Source: Camelus dromedarius (lineage: Eukaryota). From it: 64,000 bases of DNA. Below are positions 62,325 to 64,000 of the stretch, in pieces. Under the pieces are notes generated by a model, which made no database searches, had not been told where the DNA came from, and saw nothing but the letters and a program-made list of their open reading frames with translations. Numbering within the stretch: position 1 is the stretch's first letter; each line of letters begins with the position of its first letter. A program made the position numbers and the translations under genes. The stretch is taken from the NCBI RefSeq assembly GCF_036321535.1, contig NC_087436.1, positions 26,662,001 to 26,726,000 of the forward strand, read 5' to 3'.

Positions 62325-64000
62325 TTGTGTATCCATCCATGTTCTGCATGTCGTTACAGTTTGTTCCTTTAATTGCTGAGTAGTATTTTATTGCATCCAT
62401 TTTCCTTTTGAGTGCCATCTGTCTTTATTTTTTCCTTTTCACAGCTGTGAATAAGCAGCTATGGACGTTCTTATATAAGTGTTTTTGTGGATAAATATTT
62501 TTTATTCCTCTTGGAAAAAATACTTCAAAGTGAAATTTCTGGGTTAAAGCATAGATAATCTTTCACTTTATTAAAAAATACTGTGTTCAAATTGGTAGTA
62601 CCACTTTATATTCTACCAGTATTGTATGACTGTCCCAGGTGTGCCATGTTCTTACCAAAATTTGGTATTGTCAGGTCTTTTAAAAAAAATTTCAGCGATT
62701 CTGGCGGGTACATGGGTGGTATCTAGTGGTGTCTCAATACGGTTTCAATTTGCATTTCCCTGATGACCAACTATATAAAACATCTTTTCATATTGTTATT
62801 GGCCGTTCACATACCCTCTTTTGAGAAGTGTCTGTTCAAGTTTTTTCCACTTTTAAAAATAATTAAAATATTTTTCTTTATCATTAAATTATATGAGTTT
62901 ATATAAATTCTGAATATAATACTTTGCCAAATATGGTTTGCTGGTATTTCCCCAGATTGATGTGCCTAGACTTTCTTAATGATGTATTTTGATGAACAAA
63001 AGTTATTTTTTATTTTGATGAAGTGTATTTTGTCAAGCTTTGATTGTATGGTTATTTCTTTTTGTGGCCTAAGAAATCTTTGCCTACGAGATCTGCACTT
63101 TCTATACTCTTTCCAATGTTAAATAGTATTCCTCTCCTCATATGTATTTCTCAATGCCATGCCCATCTCTCCAGCAGTGCTCTGGGACACCTGATACAAT
63201 TTCTATAAAGAATATCAACTTTCAAAAATGTCCCCAGAATGGTTTTCTTTAGACAGCTTCTGATCTTAGATATGCTAAAATTACCAAGGGATGGAGTTAT
63301 TATGAGTCATGCTAACTTCTTGGAAAAGGGGAGAGGAAAGGGAATCTCTAGGAGAAAAAGAACCACATCAGTATCTCAGCAAATTGTCCTGACCTGTTAT
63401 TCCCCTTGAATATATTTGCATGTGGGAAAGAAAATGTATTTGCCATCACTCCATCCTGGTCTTTTACTTTATGGTGGTGTTTTACAATATTCCACCGCTT
63501 GACATGAAGTCATTTTGGCTCTGTGTCTCAGTCATCTGATCTTCGTCAGGCTCTCCACAACTAGCTGAACACATATTCTGCTTTGCCTAGAACAATCCTT
63601 GTTTATACATTTTGTTATATCAATCTATGTGGATTAGCTTTTACTATTTTAAACTTTTTTATCGTAATAATTGATATTAGCAATAATCTGGGATGAGTTT
63701 GGTGGATTGGTGCTTTGTCCATCCAAGGTTTTCCATGGTCTCAGCTGGTAACATATGAAATGACTGTGCATTATGCCAAGTTCTCATTTTAATATGTAGT
63801 CAAATATGAATAACTACCAGCAATATGCCTTCTCTTTTCCCAACTCTTGGCAGAATTAGCTAGCCCTTCTCTTTTAAGGACAACATGCTGATAAAATGAA
63901 TTACAAGGGGCATGTGTGGGTAGGGTTAATCAATTATTTCTGGCTATGACATAGTAGTATTAGATGTTACATCCTGCAATTTGATAAAACAGCCAGGTGT

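Larger units (their letters stand above)
61000..63090 (-). mobile_element. Ancient L1 (L1MC/ME-like), interrupted by a younger L1 and MER81
   Basis: ACAACTACTGATCTG, TTTGACTGTTCTAGGACTTCATGTAAATGGA, TTCAATTTGCATTTCCCTGATGAC and CCTAAGAAATCTTTGCCTA. Confidence 0.8.

Noticed and set aside
1..64000. Prokaryote-style systems (CRISPR arrays, operons, retrons) or intact endogenous viral genes
   Set aside because: The DNA is mammalian and non-coding. I saw no repeat-spacer arrays, long ORFs or gag/pol/env remnants.

Overview
AT-rich, CpG-depleted mammalian genomic DNA. It is most likely from a camelid (alpaca, llama or camel), because it carries a tRNA-Ala-derived vic-1-type SINE and artiodactyl-type L1 3' ends. 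I found no recognisable protein-coding gene. The longer ORFs in the track are decayed L1 ORF2 pieces, their antisense frames, or chance ORFs. A large share of the window is transposon fossils: L1 fragments of several ages, L2, MIR, MaLR (MLT1) and other solo LTRs (MER21-, MER34- and MER4-group-like), and DNA transposons (MER5, Charlie, a Tigger MITE, MER81). Several multi-kb repeat-poor tracts lie between them. I cannot support a new biological system from this sequence. The best leads are: (i) a pair of + strand exon-like segments at 13.9-14.5 kb that splice into a 17-codon ORF; (ii) a microexon-like cluster at 27.3-27.6 kb; (iii) an ancient MLT1E LTR with unusually many CpGs; (iv) two twin-primed (5'-inverted) L1 insertions; and (v) motif-dense unique tracts that may be enhancers. 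Repeat family names come from my recall of consensus sequences, not from a search. Boundaries of old repeats are approximate.
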